A stretch of DNA of 64,000 nucleotides from Candidatus Heimdallarchaeota archaeon (GCA_011364965.1 RDOB01000002.1:403317-467316); one strand, 5' to 3'; shown: positions 30,159 to 41,181, counted from the stretch's first letter. Notes: generated by a model from the sequence alone, not told the origin. Translations and numbers: made by a program.

Positions 30159-31997
30159 ATGGCAAAGAGCGAAAATTCCCAAAAGATAATACCCAAATCT
30201 TTCTGGCAATGGTTTATTGCGCATCTGACAGCTAATCCTCTCATTATAGTGGTGGTTGTCGTTGGTACAGCAGGAATAATCTTCTGTCGCTTATTGATTC
30301 CAATATTCTTAGGCCAAACGGTTGATATTGCAATCATTGATAAAAATAATTTACTAACTGATCCCCAACAACTTGCTCAGCTTACGAATTATGTCAAGCT
30401 TATTTTTAGTTTAGCTATCCTTCAGTTTTTGATAAGTATTTTAACAACTCTAGCTAACGAACGATTGTCTTGGACAGCTCAACGTCGAATTCGCGAAGAA
30501 TTTTTCGATTCAATGCAAAACAAACCTTTGAAATTCCACGATTCTGTGCGTACAGGAGAGTTAATGGCCCTCGCAACGAATGATTTGGGCCAAGTAGGAG
30601 GATTAATTTCACCTGGATTTGGAATGATGGCGAATGTGTTTATTTCACTAATTTTTTCCTCTTATCTAATTTTAGAGGCATTAAACGCTCCAGTCTTAAT
30701 TCTTATATCAATTCCATTCTTGATTGTCTATCTTTGGGCAGTTTTTGCATATAATAAGAAAATGGCTCCTATTAGCGCGACTTTTATGCGGAAATGGTCC
30801 GCTATTGCTACAGCAGTTCAAGATAACATCACAGGGGCTGAAGTAGTAAGAGCGTTTGCAGAAGAAAGCTATGAACGAGAAAAATTTATGAAATATGTGT
30901 TAGATTTTCGCGAAACTTGGTACACGCGACAAATAATCCAAGCTCGATATTTTCCTTCCCTAGTGCTTTTCGCAGCTATTGGTTTCTCAGTAGCTATTGG
31001 TTCACTTTTAATTGCAGCAGAAGAAATCACCATTGGTAATTTGATTGCATATAATGGATTACTTTTCACACTCCTTGGTCCAACTTATGTTATTTCTTTT
31101 GCGGTCGCAATATTTAATGGTGGATTGGCAGGCGCAAAAAGAATTCATGCAATGGAAATTCGAGAAGAAAGAGAAGATTCAGATGAGAAGGGTGATAAAA
31201 TTGATGTTTCCAATATTCAAGGATTAATTACCTTTGAAAATGTCTCATTCAAATACCCCACAAGCAAGAAATGGATCTTAGAGGATATTTCTTTCACAGC
31301 TGCCCCAGGGCAGACAATTGCAATTGTTGGACCAACTGGTAGCGGTAAATCATCTCTAACTAAACTATTATTACGCTTATACGATTATGAGGGAACAATA
31401 AAGCTAGATGGTTTTGATATCAGAGATATTTCTCTTGAATCATTGCGTAAGTCAATTGGACGAATTGAACAAGATATTTACCTGTTCCCTCGCTCAGTTA
31501 AAGAAAATATAGCATTTGGCGCACGAAATGCTTCCCAAGAAAAGATTGAGAAAGCAGCCAAATTAGCACAGGCCCATGATTTTATTATGAAAGATCTTCC
31601 AAAAAAGTATGAGTCAAACGTTGGCGAAGGAGGCAGTCGTCTTTCCGGAGGACAACGACAACGTATTGCGTTAGCAAGGACATTTTTAACTGACCCTCCA
31701 ATCTTAATCTTGGATGATTCTACTTCTTCCGTTGATTCGAAAACGGAAGAAGAAATTGTAAAAGCGATTCGTGCAGTTAGTCATGGAAGAACTACTTTTA
31801 TCATCACTCATAGATTATCAACCATTCGATCAGCTGATTGCATTCTTGTCATTAAGGGCTCTAAAATTGTCGCTCGTGGACATCATTCTAAATTAATCCA
31901 TACTTCTCCAGATTTCAGAAGAATTTTTGGCAAAAATGTAGAATTACCACCATTACAAATAGAAAAGGATCCTATTCCTACTGGAGGTGGAAAATAA
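30159..31997 (+). CDS. ABC exporter, fused permease/ATPase half-transporter (ABCB/MsbA-like)
   Basis: Six-TM N-terminal domain, Walker A GPTGSGKSSLTKLL, signature LSGGQRQRIALAR, Walker B ILILDDSTSSVD. Confidence 0.9.
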   Translation: MAKSENSQKIIPKSFWQWFIAHLTANPLIIVVVVVGTAGIIFCRLLIPIFLGQTVDIAIIDKNNLLTDPQQLAQLTNYVKLIFSLAILQFLISILTTLANERLSWTAQRRIREEFFDSMQNKPLKFHDSVRTGELMALATNDLGQVGGLISPGFGMMANVFISLIFSSYLILEALNAPVLILISIPFLIVYLWAVFAYNKKMAPISATFMRKWSAIATAVQDNITGAEVVRAFAEESYEREKFMKYVLDFRETWYTRQIIQARYFPSLVLFAAIGFSVAIGSLLIAAEEITIGNLIAYNGLLFTLLGPTYVISFAVAIFNGGLAGAKRIHAMEIREEREDSDEKGDKIDVSNIQGLITFENVSFKYPTSKKWILEDISFTAAPGQTIAIVGPTGSGKSSLTKLLLRLYDYEGTIKLDGFDIRDISLESLRKSIGRIEQDIYLFPRSVKENIAFGARNASQEKIEKAAKLAQAHDFIMKDLPKKYESNVGEGGSRLSGGQRQRIALARTFLTDPPILILDDSTSSVDSKTEEEIVKAIRAVSHGRTTFIITHRLSTIRSADCILVIKGSKIVARGHHSKLIHTSPDFRRIFGKNVELPPLQIEKDPIPTGGGK

Positions 31998-33857
31998 ATG
32001 GGTTGGATTTTTGAAGGGATAGAAACTGAAGAAGAAGAACGAAAATATAGTGATAGAGAATTAATTGAACGTTCCATTAGACGAGTCGCACCGTATAAAA
32101 GTCCTATAATTATTTCTACGGTCACAATGATTGGTTTGACTTTCGTTGGGTTACTAGGTCCATTAATTTTTGCTAATCTTATTGATACGCTTGAACGAAC
32201 TCAAAATTATACTGATCTTATCTTAGGTACCATAGTAATTTCTGGCGCGACATATTTCATCCTCTCTGTCTTAAATTGGGTTGGAGATTATTTAATTAAC
32301 ATTCAATTTGCACGACTCGTGCCTGATTTCATGGTAACCCTTAGAGGGGACATTTTTGATGCTTTCCAAAAGCAAGATATGAAATTCTTCGATAAGCATC
32401 GGAGTGGGCGCCTTAATTCTCGCGTTTCAAGTGATGCAGCTGATTATGGTGGAGCTGTCTCAATCGTCCTCACTGTTGTTGGACAGTTTTTGATAATAAT
32501 CTCTGTATTTCTTGTATTATTTTTAATCAATCCTCCCCTTGCACTCCTTACAGCATCAGTAGTTCCAATCTTATTACTAGCTAGTTTTCTATTTCGTCGT
32601 GTTGCTAGAAATACATCTATGGCTTTTAGGAAAGTACATGCCTCAGTTAATGCTGCTATGGCTGAATCTGTTAGTGGTATTCAAGTAAGTAAATCGTTTG
32701 GGGTGGAAGCTGAAAGTTTAAATGAGTTCAAAGAGATAAATATGGAGCATTATAAGGCAGGATTTAAGAGAAACATATCAATGAATATGTTTTTTCCCTT
32801 TGTTAGTGCATTATCTGCATTTGCTACAGTTACAATCCTCCTAGTTGGTGGAGGTGCCGCTATACAAAATCTTGGGTTTATATCTACAGGTACATTATAT
32901 ATTTTCCTTTCCTATCTAGACAGATTTTTCTTCCCAGTCACTCAATTGGTAAATTTCTATGCCCAAATACAAGCGGGTTTTGCTGCATATGAACGTATAT
33001 TACAAGTGATTGATACGGAACCAGAAGTACAGGATTCAGGTGTTTTAGAAGTAGACGAGATTAAAGGAAAAATTGAATTTCAGAATATTAATTTTGAATA
33101 TGAGGAAAATAACCCAGTTCTGAGAAATTTTTCATTAACAATCAATCCTGGAGAGAGACTAGCTATAGTAGGGCATACTGGAGCTGGAAAAACATCGATT
33201 ATTTCTATATTGACTCGTTTCTATGAATTTCAAGGTGGCAAAATCTTAGTTGATGGTATTAACGTCAGAGACATCAAAATGAAGTCATATAGGAAACATC
33301 TAGGCATTGTTCTGCAAACCCCTTTCCTTTTCAGTGGAACAATCGAGGAAAACATCACTTACGGACGGAAGGACGCGAGTAAAGAAGATTTTACTCGGGC
33401 ACTTGAAATCTCCCGAGTTGATGAAATCTTAGAATATCTTAAAGATGGATTAAAGACTGAAGTAGGAGAGGGAGGATCTTCATTGAGCACGGGGCAACGT
33501 CAATTAGTAAGCTTTGCTCGTGCGCTATTAGCTGACCCTAAGATTCTCATTCTGGATGAAGCAACTTCTTCAGTAGATGCATACACTGAATCTATTATAC
33601 AGGAATCTTTGGAAGAATTGATGAAAGGTCGAACTTCTATTATCATCGCTCATAGGTTATCGACCGTTAAAAATGCGGATCGAATTATAGTGTTAGAAAA
33701 AGGAAAGATAATCGAAGAAGGTACTCATGATGCTCTACTTACAAAAGGAGAGGTATATGCCAATCTCTACAACACTTACTTCAAGCATCAGGAAGTAACT
33801 TGGGAACCAGAGAGCTCTATGCCTGAGTTAGCATTGGGAATTACCCCCCCACCTTAA
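31998..33857 (+). CDS. ABC exporter, fused permease/ATPase half-transporter (likely heterodimer partner)
   Basis: Walker A GHTGAGKTSIISIL, signature LSTGQRQLVSFAR, Walker B ILILDEATSSVD. The start abuts the upstream stop. Confidence 0.9.
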   Translation: MGWIFEGIETEEEERKYSDRELIERSIRRVAPYKSPIIISTVTMIGLTFVGLLGPLIFANLIDTLERTQNYTDLILGTIVISGATYFILSVLNWVGDYLINIQFARLVPDFMVTLRGDIFDAFQKQDMKFFDKHRSGRLNSRVSSDAADYGGAVSIVLTVVGQFLIIISVFLVLFLINPPLALLTASVVPILLLASFLFRRVARNTSMAFRKVHASVNAAMAESVSGIQVSKSFGVEAESLNEFKEINMEHYKAGFKRNISMNMFFPFVSALSAFATVTILLVGGGAAIQNLGFISTGTLYIFLSYLDRFFFPVTQLVNFYAQIQAGFAAYERILQVIDTEPEVQDSGVLEVDEIKGKIEFQNINFEYEENNPVLRNFSLTINPGERLAIVGHTGAGKTSIISILTRFYEFQGGKILVDGINVRDIKMKSYRKHLGIVLQTPFLFSGTIEENITYGRKDASKEDFTRALEISRVDEILEYLKDGLKTEVGEGGSSLSTGQRQLVSFARALLADPKILILDEATSSVDAYTESIIQESLEELMKGRTSIIIAHRLSTVKNADRIIVLEKGKIIEEGTHDALLTKGEVYANLYNTYFKHQEVTWEPESSMPELALGITPPP

Positions 33858-34189
33858 ACAAAGGAAGAAAAATATTTATTCCACGGGTACCAATTTTTCT
33901 TCTTTTTTCGGTCTATTTTTTTCAAGTATTTGGAGTTCACTCTGAATTTCTTGATATTTCTCTGCGCTAAATTTTCTCCTCTAAATTCAACAAGTGTGTC
34001 TGCATGAGTTGTAAGTTTCGTTGCTAAGAAAAATCCGATTGTATTATTATCATCATTTTGAATATTATGAATGTGAGTGTTTCTTAAATAAATTGTATTT
34101 TCTACGTTGAAAGTCACATTTATTAGTGTTAATGCAATACTAGGGGAACTCGGAGAAGGTGGTTGATAGATTGTTGATTTCATAATCAT
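33854..34189 (-). CDS. Hypothetical protein (weak call)
   Basis: 111-aa ORF, convergent with and overlapping by 4 nt the end of the ABC gene. No motif. Confidence 0.25.
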   Translation of the reverse strand: MIMKSTIYQPPSPSSPSIALTLINVTFNVENTIYLRNTHIHNIQNDDNNTIGFFLATKLTTHADTLVEFRGENLAQRNIKKFRVNSKYLKKIDRKKKKNWYPWNKYFSSFV

Positions 34190-34480
34190 TTTATATGGAA
34201 CTCTCAGAAGAAAACCGCTGATCAGTAATAAAATAATCTAAATCCCCCTAACAACCATTTATATTGCTACATTTCTAAATCTCTTTACTATAATGATCGC
34301 ATTAACAATAAAATCCCAGTCTCGGTTTAAGCACCTATCTTTATTTAAAACCATTAAATTCCAGAATAAAAATTTAACATCAAATAAACTCTTTAAATTC
34401 TTAATATTGCAATTGTTTAGCGATATTAGGGGAATTTAATTTCTTTTTGAACTTCAATCACTTAGTAAAAAGGGTTAATC

Positions 34481-35518
34481 TTGGAAAAATTTAAAAAAAT
34501 GGACTCAATTGATGAAAAACTATATAATTGCCTTACTATTCCTGGAATGTCTGGACATGAAGGTCCAATTCGGAAATTTATACAAGAAGAATTATCAAAC
34601 TATGGGGAGATTTATTTTGATAATCTAGGTTCAGTAATATGTAAAATATCAGGAACGAGGCCAACACGAATTAAATGGTATATAAGTGCTCATTTAGATA
34701 CTTGTGGATTTATTGTTCATTCTATTCACAAAACTGGATATATAAACTGTATTTCATTTGGTTATAATAATCACGAAGTGTGTAACGATCAACCTGTAAA
34801 AATTATTACTTCAAATGGTTCCGTTAATGGAATCATGAGAACTTCATTAGATAGGAATAAAAGAAAGATTTTCCAAATCGACATTAATGCGAAAAAACCC
34901 GAAATTGTTAAAAAATTTGGAATTCTAGGGGGAGATCCTGTTCATTTTGCCAATGAACCATATTGGATTGGTAGTTCAGAGGATGAAGTCATTTGTTCAC
35001 CTCGATTAGATAATCGATTAGGCCTGTATGAGTTAATCTTATTAGCCCAAACTTTTCAGCATCGTCCTCCGGAGGATGACATCTTCTTAGTAGGAACTGT
35101 TGAAGAAGAAGTTGGGGGAAGAGGAGCACAAACTTCTGCGACAATGATCCAACCAGATATTGCATTGATATTAGATGCAACATATGAAGAGGGTCCTGTT
35201 TCTATTAATAATGGCCCAGTAATCACCTTATCCGATGCTGCTGGCATTCTTCCAATAAAAATTCGAGATTATCTCCTAGATTTAGCTAAAAGAAATACAA
35301 TCCCTATACAAACAGAGGTTTGGAATATTGGTCAAACTGATGCAGGAAGAGTTCGTATTGCAAATACTGGTATACCCACAATTCCGATTCTCACTGCTAC
35401 TAAAAATAATCATTCTCCAAAAGAGATTGGATCAATCAAAGATTGTCGAGCTGTAGTACAATATATTGAACTTCTTGTTTCTACAGGATCAGCATTACTA
35501 AATTTATTTCATCCATAA
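34481..35518 (+). CDS. M42 family metallopeptidase (FrvX / glutamyl aminopeptidase-like)
   Basis: IPGMSGHEGPIRKFI near the N-terminus. HLDTCGF, SPRLDNRLG and VGTVEEEVGGRGA are metal-ligand regions typical of M42. An alternative ATG start lies at 34499. Confidence 0.75.
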   Translation: MEKFKKMDSIDEKLYNCLTIPGMSGHEGPIRKFIQEELSNYGEIYFDNLGSVICKISGTRPTRIKWYISAHLDTCGFIVHSIHKTGYINCISFGYNNHEVCNDQPVKIITSNGSVNGIMRTSLDRNKRKIFQIDINAKKPEIVKKFGILGGDPVHFANEPYWIGSSEDEVICSPRLDNRLGLYELILLAQTFQHRPPEDDIFLVGTVEEEVGGRGAQTSATMIQPDIALILDATYEEGPVSINNGPVITLSDAAGILPIKIRDYLLDLAKRNTIPIQTEVWNIGQTDAGRVRIANTGIPTIPILTATKNNHSPKEIGSIKDCRAVVQYIELLVSTGSALLNLFHP

Positions 35519-35533
35519 ATTTTGGTGATAATA

Positions 35534-36559
35534 ATGAATCTTGAAGGAAAAACCGTACTATTTGCATGGAATGTTAACCAAAGACTCAAATCCTATCTCG
35601 AAACAAAGTTGAGGGCTATCACAAATTTAAACTTAATTTTTCCTGATTCAATTGAGGATGAAGTACTCCTTGCAGTTGCTCCTTCAGTAGACATCATGGT
35701 TGGTTGGCGCGTAAAAGATGAAATAAAACTCGCTGCAAAGAAAATGAGGCTTTTTATTAATCCTGGGGTGGGTATTAAACATCATATTGAATTCTTTAAG
35801 AAATTGAACGAAGAAAAAAGAGTATTATTAATTAATGGGCATGGAAATGCTTATTTTACAGCTCAACACACCGTGGCTTTGCTTCTCAGTTTTATGAACA
35901 AAATTATCCCTCATCATATCTGGATGACAGAAGGTAAATGGCGAATGGGGGATAATGAGGCTGTTTCAATTCCTCTGCGCTATCGAAAGATTGGTTTGTT
36001 AGGTTATGGGCATATAAATCAGCTAGTACATCAATTCCTCCAAGGTTTCAACGTTGAATTTGCAATTCTACGAAATGATTGGTCTAAACCGCCAATGGAT
36101 TTTCCAACTCCTATTCAAAGATTCAATTCTTCGGAGTTGAATGAATTTTTGGATTGGAGTGATATTTTAATCATAGCTGTCCCTGAAACCACCTCAACTA
36201 TCGGAATGATAGGAGCAAATGAAATTATGCGGTTAGGTGAAGATGGGATCCTAATCAATGTAAGTAGAGGTTCTATTGTTCAAGAAGCAGATCTGTTTAC
36301 TGCATTAGAAAAAAGGATTATTGCTGGCGCAGGGATTGATGTTTGGTATAATTATTCACCAGAAGCTAATAATAACAAAAAAAAATATCCATTTAGTTAT
36401 CCATTTTATGAATTGGATAATATTGTCTTGTCTCCACACCGAGCTGCTTCACCTTTTAGTGATCTTGAACGTTGGGATGAAGTTATAGAGAATATAAAAC
36501 GATTTTGTCGTGGAGAAACTGAATTCCTCAATGTAGTTGATTTAGACCAAGAGTATTAA
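35534..36559 (+). CDS. D-isomer-specific 2-hydroxyacid dehydrogenase family protein
   Basis: NAD fold IGLLGYGHINQ, plus ILINVSRGSIV, GAGIDVW and catalytic LSPHRA. The track begins at TTG 35522; ATG 35534 is preferred. Confidence 0.8.
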   Translation: MNLEGKTVLFAWNVNQRLKSYLETKLRAITNLNLIFPDSIEDEVLLAVAPSVDIMVGWRVKDEIKLAAKKMRLFINPGVGIKHHIEFFKKLNEEKRVLLINGHGNAYFTAQHTVALLLSFMNKIIPHHIWMTEGKWRMGDNEAVSIPLRYRKIGLLGYGHINQLVHQFLQGFNVEFAILRNDWSKPPMDFPTPIQRFNSSELNEFLDWSDILIIAVPETTSTIGMIGANEIMRLGEDGILINVSRGSIVQEADLFTALEKRIIAGAGIDVWYNYSPEANNNKKKYPFSYPFYELDNIVLSPHRAASPFSDLERWDEVIENIKRFCRGETEFLNVVDLDQEY

Positions 36560-36591
36560 ATTTTTTTAGTGGTTAAATCTAGGAATTTTTT

Positions 36592-37020
36592 CTATTCTTT
36601 TATGAAATATCTCCCAAACCATATTAAAGCGAAAGTTCCACCAAGTAAACTTGCAAGATTAACTATTATACTTAAAGGGTCGTGTTGATAAACTCCATTT
36701 TGGATGTTGAATGTAGCATCGATTAATCCTAGGAATATTAATGCTCCCCCTGCTGCAGCTGCAAAGAACAATCCATATGATCGATTCTTTAAAATTCCAA
36801 AAGCTGAAATTAATAATAGAATCACAATCCAAAAGTCTGCAATTGGAAAAGATGATTCGAAAATCATGTAAAATGAATAAAATTCGTCCGTTGGAGCATA
36901 AGATTTGAGAATCCCTGCAAACCAACCAATCCAAAATCCAATTAGGACAATTGCACCAATTATTTCAACATATGCTAAGTAATGATCCTTATTAGAATAT
37001 TCAATTTTCATTCTATTCAT
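36592..37020 (-). CDS. Hypothetical 4-TM membrane protein
   Basis: Four hydrophobic helices. 142 aa. Confidence 0.5.
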   Translation of the reverse strand: MNRMKIEYSNKDHYLAYVEIIGAIVLIGFWIGWFAGILKSYAPTDEFYSFYMIFESSFPIADFWIVILLLISAFGILKNRSYGLFFAAAAGGALIFLGLIDATFNIQNGVYQHDPLSIIVNLASLLGGTFALIWFGRYFIKE

Positions 37021-37035
37021 ATCCTCTCTTATTTT

Positions 37036-38022
37036 CTAGTACCCATAAAACATTGCGATAATTTTAATTGATAACGTTTCCGAAAGAAGTCTTTTCATAG
37101 CTATAATACCATAAATCTGTAATTTTGAGCCTATTTTGTAATGTACTTTAGGATTTTTTGTTTTTAGGATTTTTTCCAGCTTTTTCGATACAATGAACGG
37201 AGGAGGGCTAATTATAAGATTTTCGATAATCGAATTCCAAGCAATCTGGGCATAATCATGGTAAGGACTTTCTTCCGCTACTGGAAAGGCCTCCTTCATT
37301 TCTTTTATGTCATCTGAATTATAATTAAGAGTAGTATGGTGAAGTGCAACTGTTTTAGCGTCGAATGTGGTATTAATATCTCCAGGACATAACACTGATA
37401 TTTTGATGTTAAAAGGTTTTAATTCTATATATAAACTCTCTGTCCATCTGAGTATAGCTGCTTTACTTGCTGAATATATTGATTGAAAAGGAATAGCAAC
37501 TATTCCTCCTAGTGAAGACGTATTAATAATTCTTCCGCTTTTTCTTTCACGCATGTAAGGAAGCAAAGCTTGTACTACTCTCATTTGACCAAAAAAATTC
37601 ACTTCAAACGAGTGACTGATCTGCTCATAACTCATTTCTTCTACAGGGCCGAAATATCCAATTCCTGCATTATTAACGAGTACATGAATCCTCTCGGGAT
37701 CAAATTCTGAAAAAGCAATCTTGATTGACTGTTCACTGGATACATCCATCGAAATAAATTCAATAGACTCTAAATATACATCAAGTTTTCTAAGAATAGA
37801 TTTTGGGAGAAGAATCTTTCCTGCACTTAATTGAGTTTTATTTTTGTCCAAGTATTTAAACTGAGTATGATCGCGTATATATATTTCTTTTAACTGCTCG
37901 AGATCGAGTTTATTTGCGTTCCGTGAAGTTCCAATCACTTTATTACCTTTCGAAGTCAGGTAAAGCGCATGAGAAAGCCCTAGTCCTGCGCTTGCCCCTG
38001 TAACAAGAATATCATCTGACAC
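37036..38022 (-). CDS. Short-chain dehydrogenase/reductase (SDR) with a C-terminal extension
   Basis: ILVTGASAGLGLS (TGxxxGxG), NNAG, and the YSASKAA catalytic YxxxK. Confidence 0.8.
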   Translation of the reverse strand: MSDDILVTGASAGLGLSHALYLTSKGNKVIGTSRNANKLDLEQLKEIYIRDHTQFKYLDKNKTQLSAGKILLPKSILRKLDVYLESIEFISMDVSSEQSIKIAFSEFDPERIHVLVNNAGIGYFGPVEEMSYEQISHSFEVNFFGQMRVVQALLPYMRERKSGRIINTSSLGGIVAIPFQSIYSASKAAILRWTESLYIELKPFNIKISVLCPGDINTTFDAKTVALHHTTLNYNSDDIKEMKEAFPVAEESPYHDYAQIAWNSIIENLIISPPPFIVSKKLEKILKTKNPKVHYKIGSKLQIYGIIAMKRLLSETLSIKIIAMFYGY

Positions 38023-38027
38023 TTATG

Positions 38028-38909
38028 TCACTCCTTCTTCTTGAAATCCTCTAGGTTATATCTTTTCCATGGTCGTGTAAAAGGTATGTCAGGAAGATTT
38101 TCCTCATGAGTCATTTCACGTTCGAAGTAGTAGTTATATGAGGTTTCTCCAACTAGATGCATACCCCCTGTCACAGGGATTTCAGCTCCTGTAATCCACT
38201 CGGAAAGATCCGAAACGAGGAACAATACCGCTTTAGCTACATCCGAGGGATGTCCGATCCGACCCCGTGGAATTTGACGTAAAATGGCCTGAGCTAGTTC
38301 AGGTAGTTCTAAAACTTCTTTCATCATTGGAGTATCAATAGCAGCTGGTCGAATTGTATTAACATTGATGCCATAGGGAGCTAATTCCAAAGCAATAGCT
38401 CGAGTTAACCCAGAGATAGCTGCTTTACTTACAGCATAAGATGATAGTCCCGCAACTGGAATTTGATCATTTATACTTGAAATATTTACAATTCTTCCTT
38501 TAATATTATATTCAACCATTTTTTTAGCAACTTCGAGGCACATTAGATGAGTTCCTTTGACATTGGTTTGGATTGTCCAATCCCATTCCTCCTCTATTAA
38601 TTCTAGATAGCTAGATAATCCACTAACACCAGCACAATTGACTAGAATGTCGATCCGTTGAAATTCATTATGAGTCTTAGAAATAACATTCTCTACATCT
38701 AGATTATTAGAGATATCAGCTTGTATGAATAAAGCATCATTTCCCTCTTGCTGTAGTTTTTGAGCGAAAATTCTTCCTGACTCCTCCTCAAGATCCACAA
38801 TTACATTTCTTATATTTAATTGAGAAAATAGTTTTACAACCGCTTTTCCAATGCCTGAAGCCCCTCCTGTTACAATTGCTACCTTATTTGAAAGATTAAA
38901 GAGATCCAT
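38028..38909 (-). CDS. SDR family oxidoreductase (FabG-like)
   Basis: VAIVTGGASGIGKA, NCAG, YAVSKAA. Confidence 0.85.
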   Translation of the reverse strand: MDLFNLSNKVAIVTGGASGIGKAVVKLFSQLNIRNVIVDLEEESGRIFAQKLQQEGNDALFIQADISNNLDVENVISKTHNEFQRIDILVNCAGVSGLSSYLELIEEEWDWTIQTNVKGTHLMCLEVAKKMVEYNIKGRIVNISSINDQIPVAGLSSYAVSKAAISGLTRAIALELAPYGINVNTIRPAAIDTPMMKEVLELPELAQAILRQIPRGRIGHPSDVAKAVLFLVSDLSEWITGAEIPVTGGMHLVGETSYNYYFEREMTHEENLPDIPFTRPWKRYNLEDFKKKE

Positions 38910-38915
38910 GAATAA

Positions 38916-39350
38916 TCAATCCTGCATTGTCGAGTATTCTGCATAATCCCCATGAAATTCAACTGGTATACTAGCTAGAATTTGAATCCATTTGACCGTG
39001 CTATCTGAAGATCGAAGCAATTTCACTAAGCTTCCTTTTTTTAATTTAATCTTCCGCATTGTCAAAGCTTTGGTAGCTGAAAGCTCCTGACGTAAGATTC
39101 TGACCCATTGTCCGTATTTACCTGTAATTACAAATTCAGTGTCTCGTTCTCCTTCCCAAATCTCTTCAATAACTCCATTATTTTCTATGTATCCAATCCG
39201 AATATATTCTGTGACATCCTTATCTGGCTCAGGTTCCAAAATGAATGTGAAGGACTTTCTTCCCTCATTTTTAGCCATTTCCAAATATTCACTATCTGCA
39301 TTTGTGCGATTTTGAATCTCAAGTAAGTGTTCTTTGCTTCCTATTATCAT
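38916..39350 (-). CDS. SCP2 sterol-carrier-like domain protein (tentative)
   Basis: The C-terminal segment ATKALTMRKIKLKKGSLVKLL resembles the SCP2 consensus. The gene is co-directional with, and tightly spaced to, the two SDR genes. Confidence 0.45.
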   Translation of the reverse strand: MIIGSKEHLLEIQNRTNADSEYLEMAKNEGRKSFTFILEPEPDKDVTEYIRIGYIENNGVIEEIWEGERDTEFVITGKYGQWVRILRQELSATKALTMRKIKLKKGSLVKLLRSSDSTVKWIQILASIPVEFHGDYAEYSTMQD

Positions 39351-39484
39351 AAGCTATACTCTCCAAGTGTGAAACCAATTTTCTAGGTTAAATTTTGGGA
39401 AGAATTTTAAGTGATTTGATCAAAAATTGTTCCCTTATTACTTCGGAATGACTATAAAGATGATTCAATTCTGTTCAAAATGCG

Positions 39485-39793
39485 TTGGTTACGATGAATA
39501 ACGCGATCACTGAGATCTACGGCATGAGTATTGATAATTTCTTAGTCAAAGAATCACTCGACCATGGTAATTACGTCTTGGGGTATACTGCTTCATTACT
39601 TTATGTTATGAACGGATTAGCAATTGCTGTGCTAGTGAAGGATCCATTGTCAAGGAAAAAGCAAGAGCTTTTGAAAAAAAATTGCAATGTGGCTTCTATT
39701 CCATGTTTTTACGGAAAATTCGTCGAAGAATTAATAAACAATCATTCTACTATTCCTTCTGACATTGATGTCATAACAGTATTATCGGAGTAA
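39485..39793 (+). CDS. Hypothetical protein, possibly with an L7Ae/L30e (YlxQ-like) fold
   Basis: The pattern GLAIAVLVKDPLSRKKQELLKKNCNVASIPCFY..FVEEL resembles the family core. TTG start. Weak call. Confidence 0.3.
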   Translation: MVTMNNAITEIYGMSIDNFLVKESLDHGNYVLGYTASLLYVMNGLAIAVLVKDPLSRKKQELLKKNCNVASIPCFYGKFVEELINNHSTIPSDIDVITVLSE

Positions 39794-39927
39794 AACTAGT
39801 TTGATATTAGAGATTTTACTAAATATGGTCCAAAACCTCTAATATTATAAATAGCATTAGAATTTAAACTGTTATCATTAGAAATAAGTAAAGAGCTCGA
39901 AATCTCGTAGCTACTAAGAAGAAATTC

Positions 39928-41181
39928 TTAGAGGTATTTCGCACCAAAGGCTTTTAAAGCATCTTTGAACATATCATAGGGAGCAGCTGTTAAACCAGCA
40001 CCAATCTGTCCAATCCCAGCCTCTTTGTGGGCAATCCCAGTATTTATTAAGGGAGTTTCATCAAGTTCAACGACTTTTCGAATATCTATTCCTACAGGAG
40101 TTCCCTTAAAGTCAAGACTTGGGATAGTGAAGATGGAGCTAGTACCTGCTGAAATTTCGTACATTCTACGAGTTCGTAAAGTTGCTTCTCTCGCACTACC
40201 TCCTACAAATGAAACTATGGCAGGTGAAGCTGCCATAGCAAATCCTCCGATTCCAATCACTTCTGAGATTGTTGAGTCACCAAGATCTGGGCACGCGTCT
40301 TTTTCTGAGTAGCCTGGAAAGTAAAGACCTTCAACTATTGAGGCAGGGGAGGTGAACCATTCCCTTCCTAAACTTGAGACCTGTATTCCAATATCAGTCC
40401 CATTTCGGGCCATTGCAACTACTAATGAGCAATAATCTATATCTCGTGCAGCATCTGCAATTAATTTGGAATGAGGCATAGAGAGATTTAAATGAAATAT
40501 ATCCGCATTTTTTTTAATGAACAGGAAAACTTCTTTCGCAATTTCATTGTTTGTCGTATCTAGCATATGTGGAGTGAGTTCACTAAGAAACAGATAGCTA
40601 CCAGATCGATTTCGGTTATGTCCCTCATCACCCATATGCAGAGATTCTGCAATAATAGTTTTAATGTTGATTCCGTCTGAATGCTTTATTGCTTTTTTTA
40701 GAGTTGGAGCTAAAACTGACTTCATCCAATTTAGGCGATCAAGAACCTCTTTGTTCCATCCTCCAAATCTAAGAACTCGTCCCCTTCCTTCATTTAATGT
40801 ACAGTAAGCTTTTTTACCTGTTAATTCATCTTCTAATACAAAAACAGGTTGATGTGGGGATGTAATTCCTGTCATAGGACCTACTGTATCATGATCATGA
40901 TTACAATCAAATTTAATCTCACCTGAAGCTGCTATTTCATATCCTTCAGTAAGATCGGCTGCTAAGCCCTCATAAACCAAAATTCCTGCAATAGCTCCTT
41001 GTGTTGGTCCACACATTCTCTCCCATTCAATTGGGGGCCCTGCATGAAGGATTGTTTTATTATCCATCCCTGGAATGATATTCTTTGCTTCTAATTCTAT
41101 ATCTATTAAAATTGGTTGTACAGAAGCCATCCTTTCTAATGCTTTTTTATTAGCTGTATCGATGTATTCTTTTATATTCAT
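39928..41181 (-). CDS. DUF1116 family protein (YlbE-like)
   Basis: The N-terminal region ILHAGPPIEWERMCGP and the overall length (417 aa) match my recollection of E. coli YlbE. It lies adjacent to the FdrA homologue. Confidence 0.7.
   Translation of the reverse strand: MNIKEYIDTANKKALERMASVQPILIDIELEAKNIIPGMDNKTILHAGPPIEWERMCGPTQGAIAGILVYEGLAADLTEGYEIAASGEIKFDCNHDHDTVGPMTGITSPHQPVFVLEDELTGKKAYCTLNEGRGRVLRFGGWNKEVLDRLNWMKSVLAPTLKKAIKHSDGINIKTIIAESLHMGDEGHNRNRSGSYLFLSELTPHMLDTTNNEIAKEVFLFIKKNADIFHLNLSMPHSKLIADAARDIDYCSLVVAMARNGTDIGIQVSSLGREWFTSPASIVEGLYFPGYSEKDACPDLGDSTISEVIGIGGFAMAASPAIVSFVGGSAREATLRTRRMYEISAGTSSIFTIPSLDFKGTPVGIDIRKVVELDETPLINTGIAHKEAGIGQIGAGLTAAPYDMFKDALKAFGAKYL

Noticed and set aside
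30047-30337. 96-aa minus-strand ORF across the terminator/promoter region and the start of the first ABC gene
   Set aside because: It overlaps the ABC transporter start and the oligo-T tracts. It has no motif.
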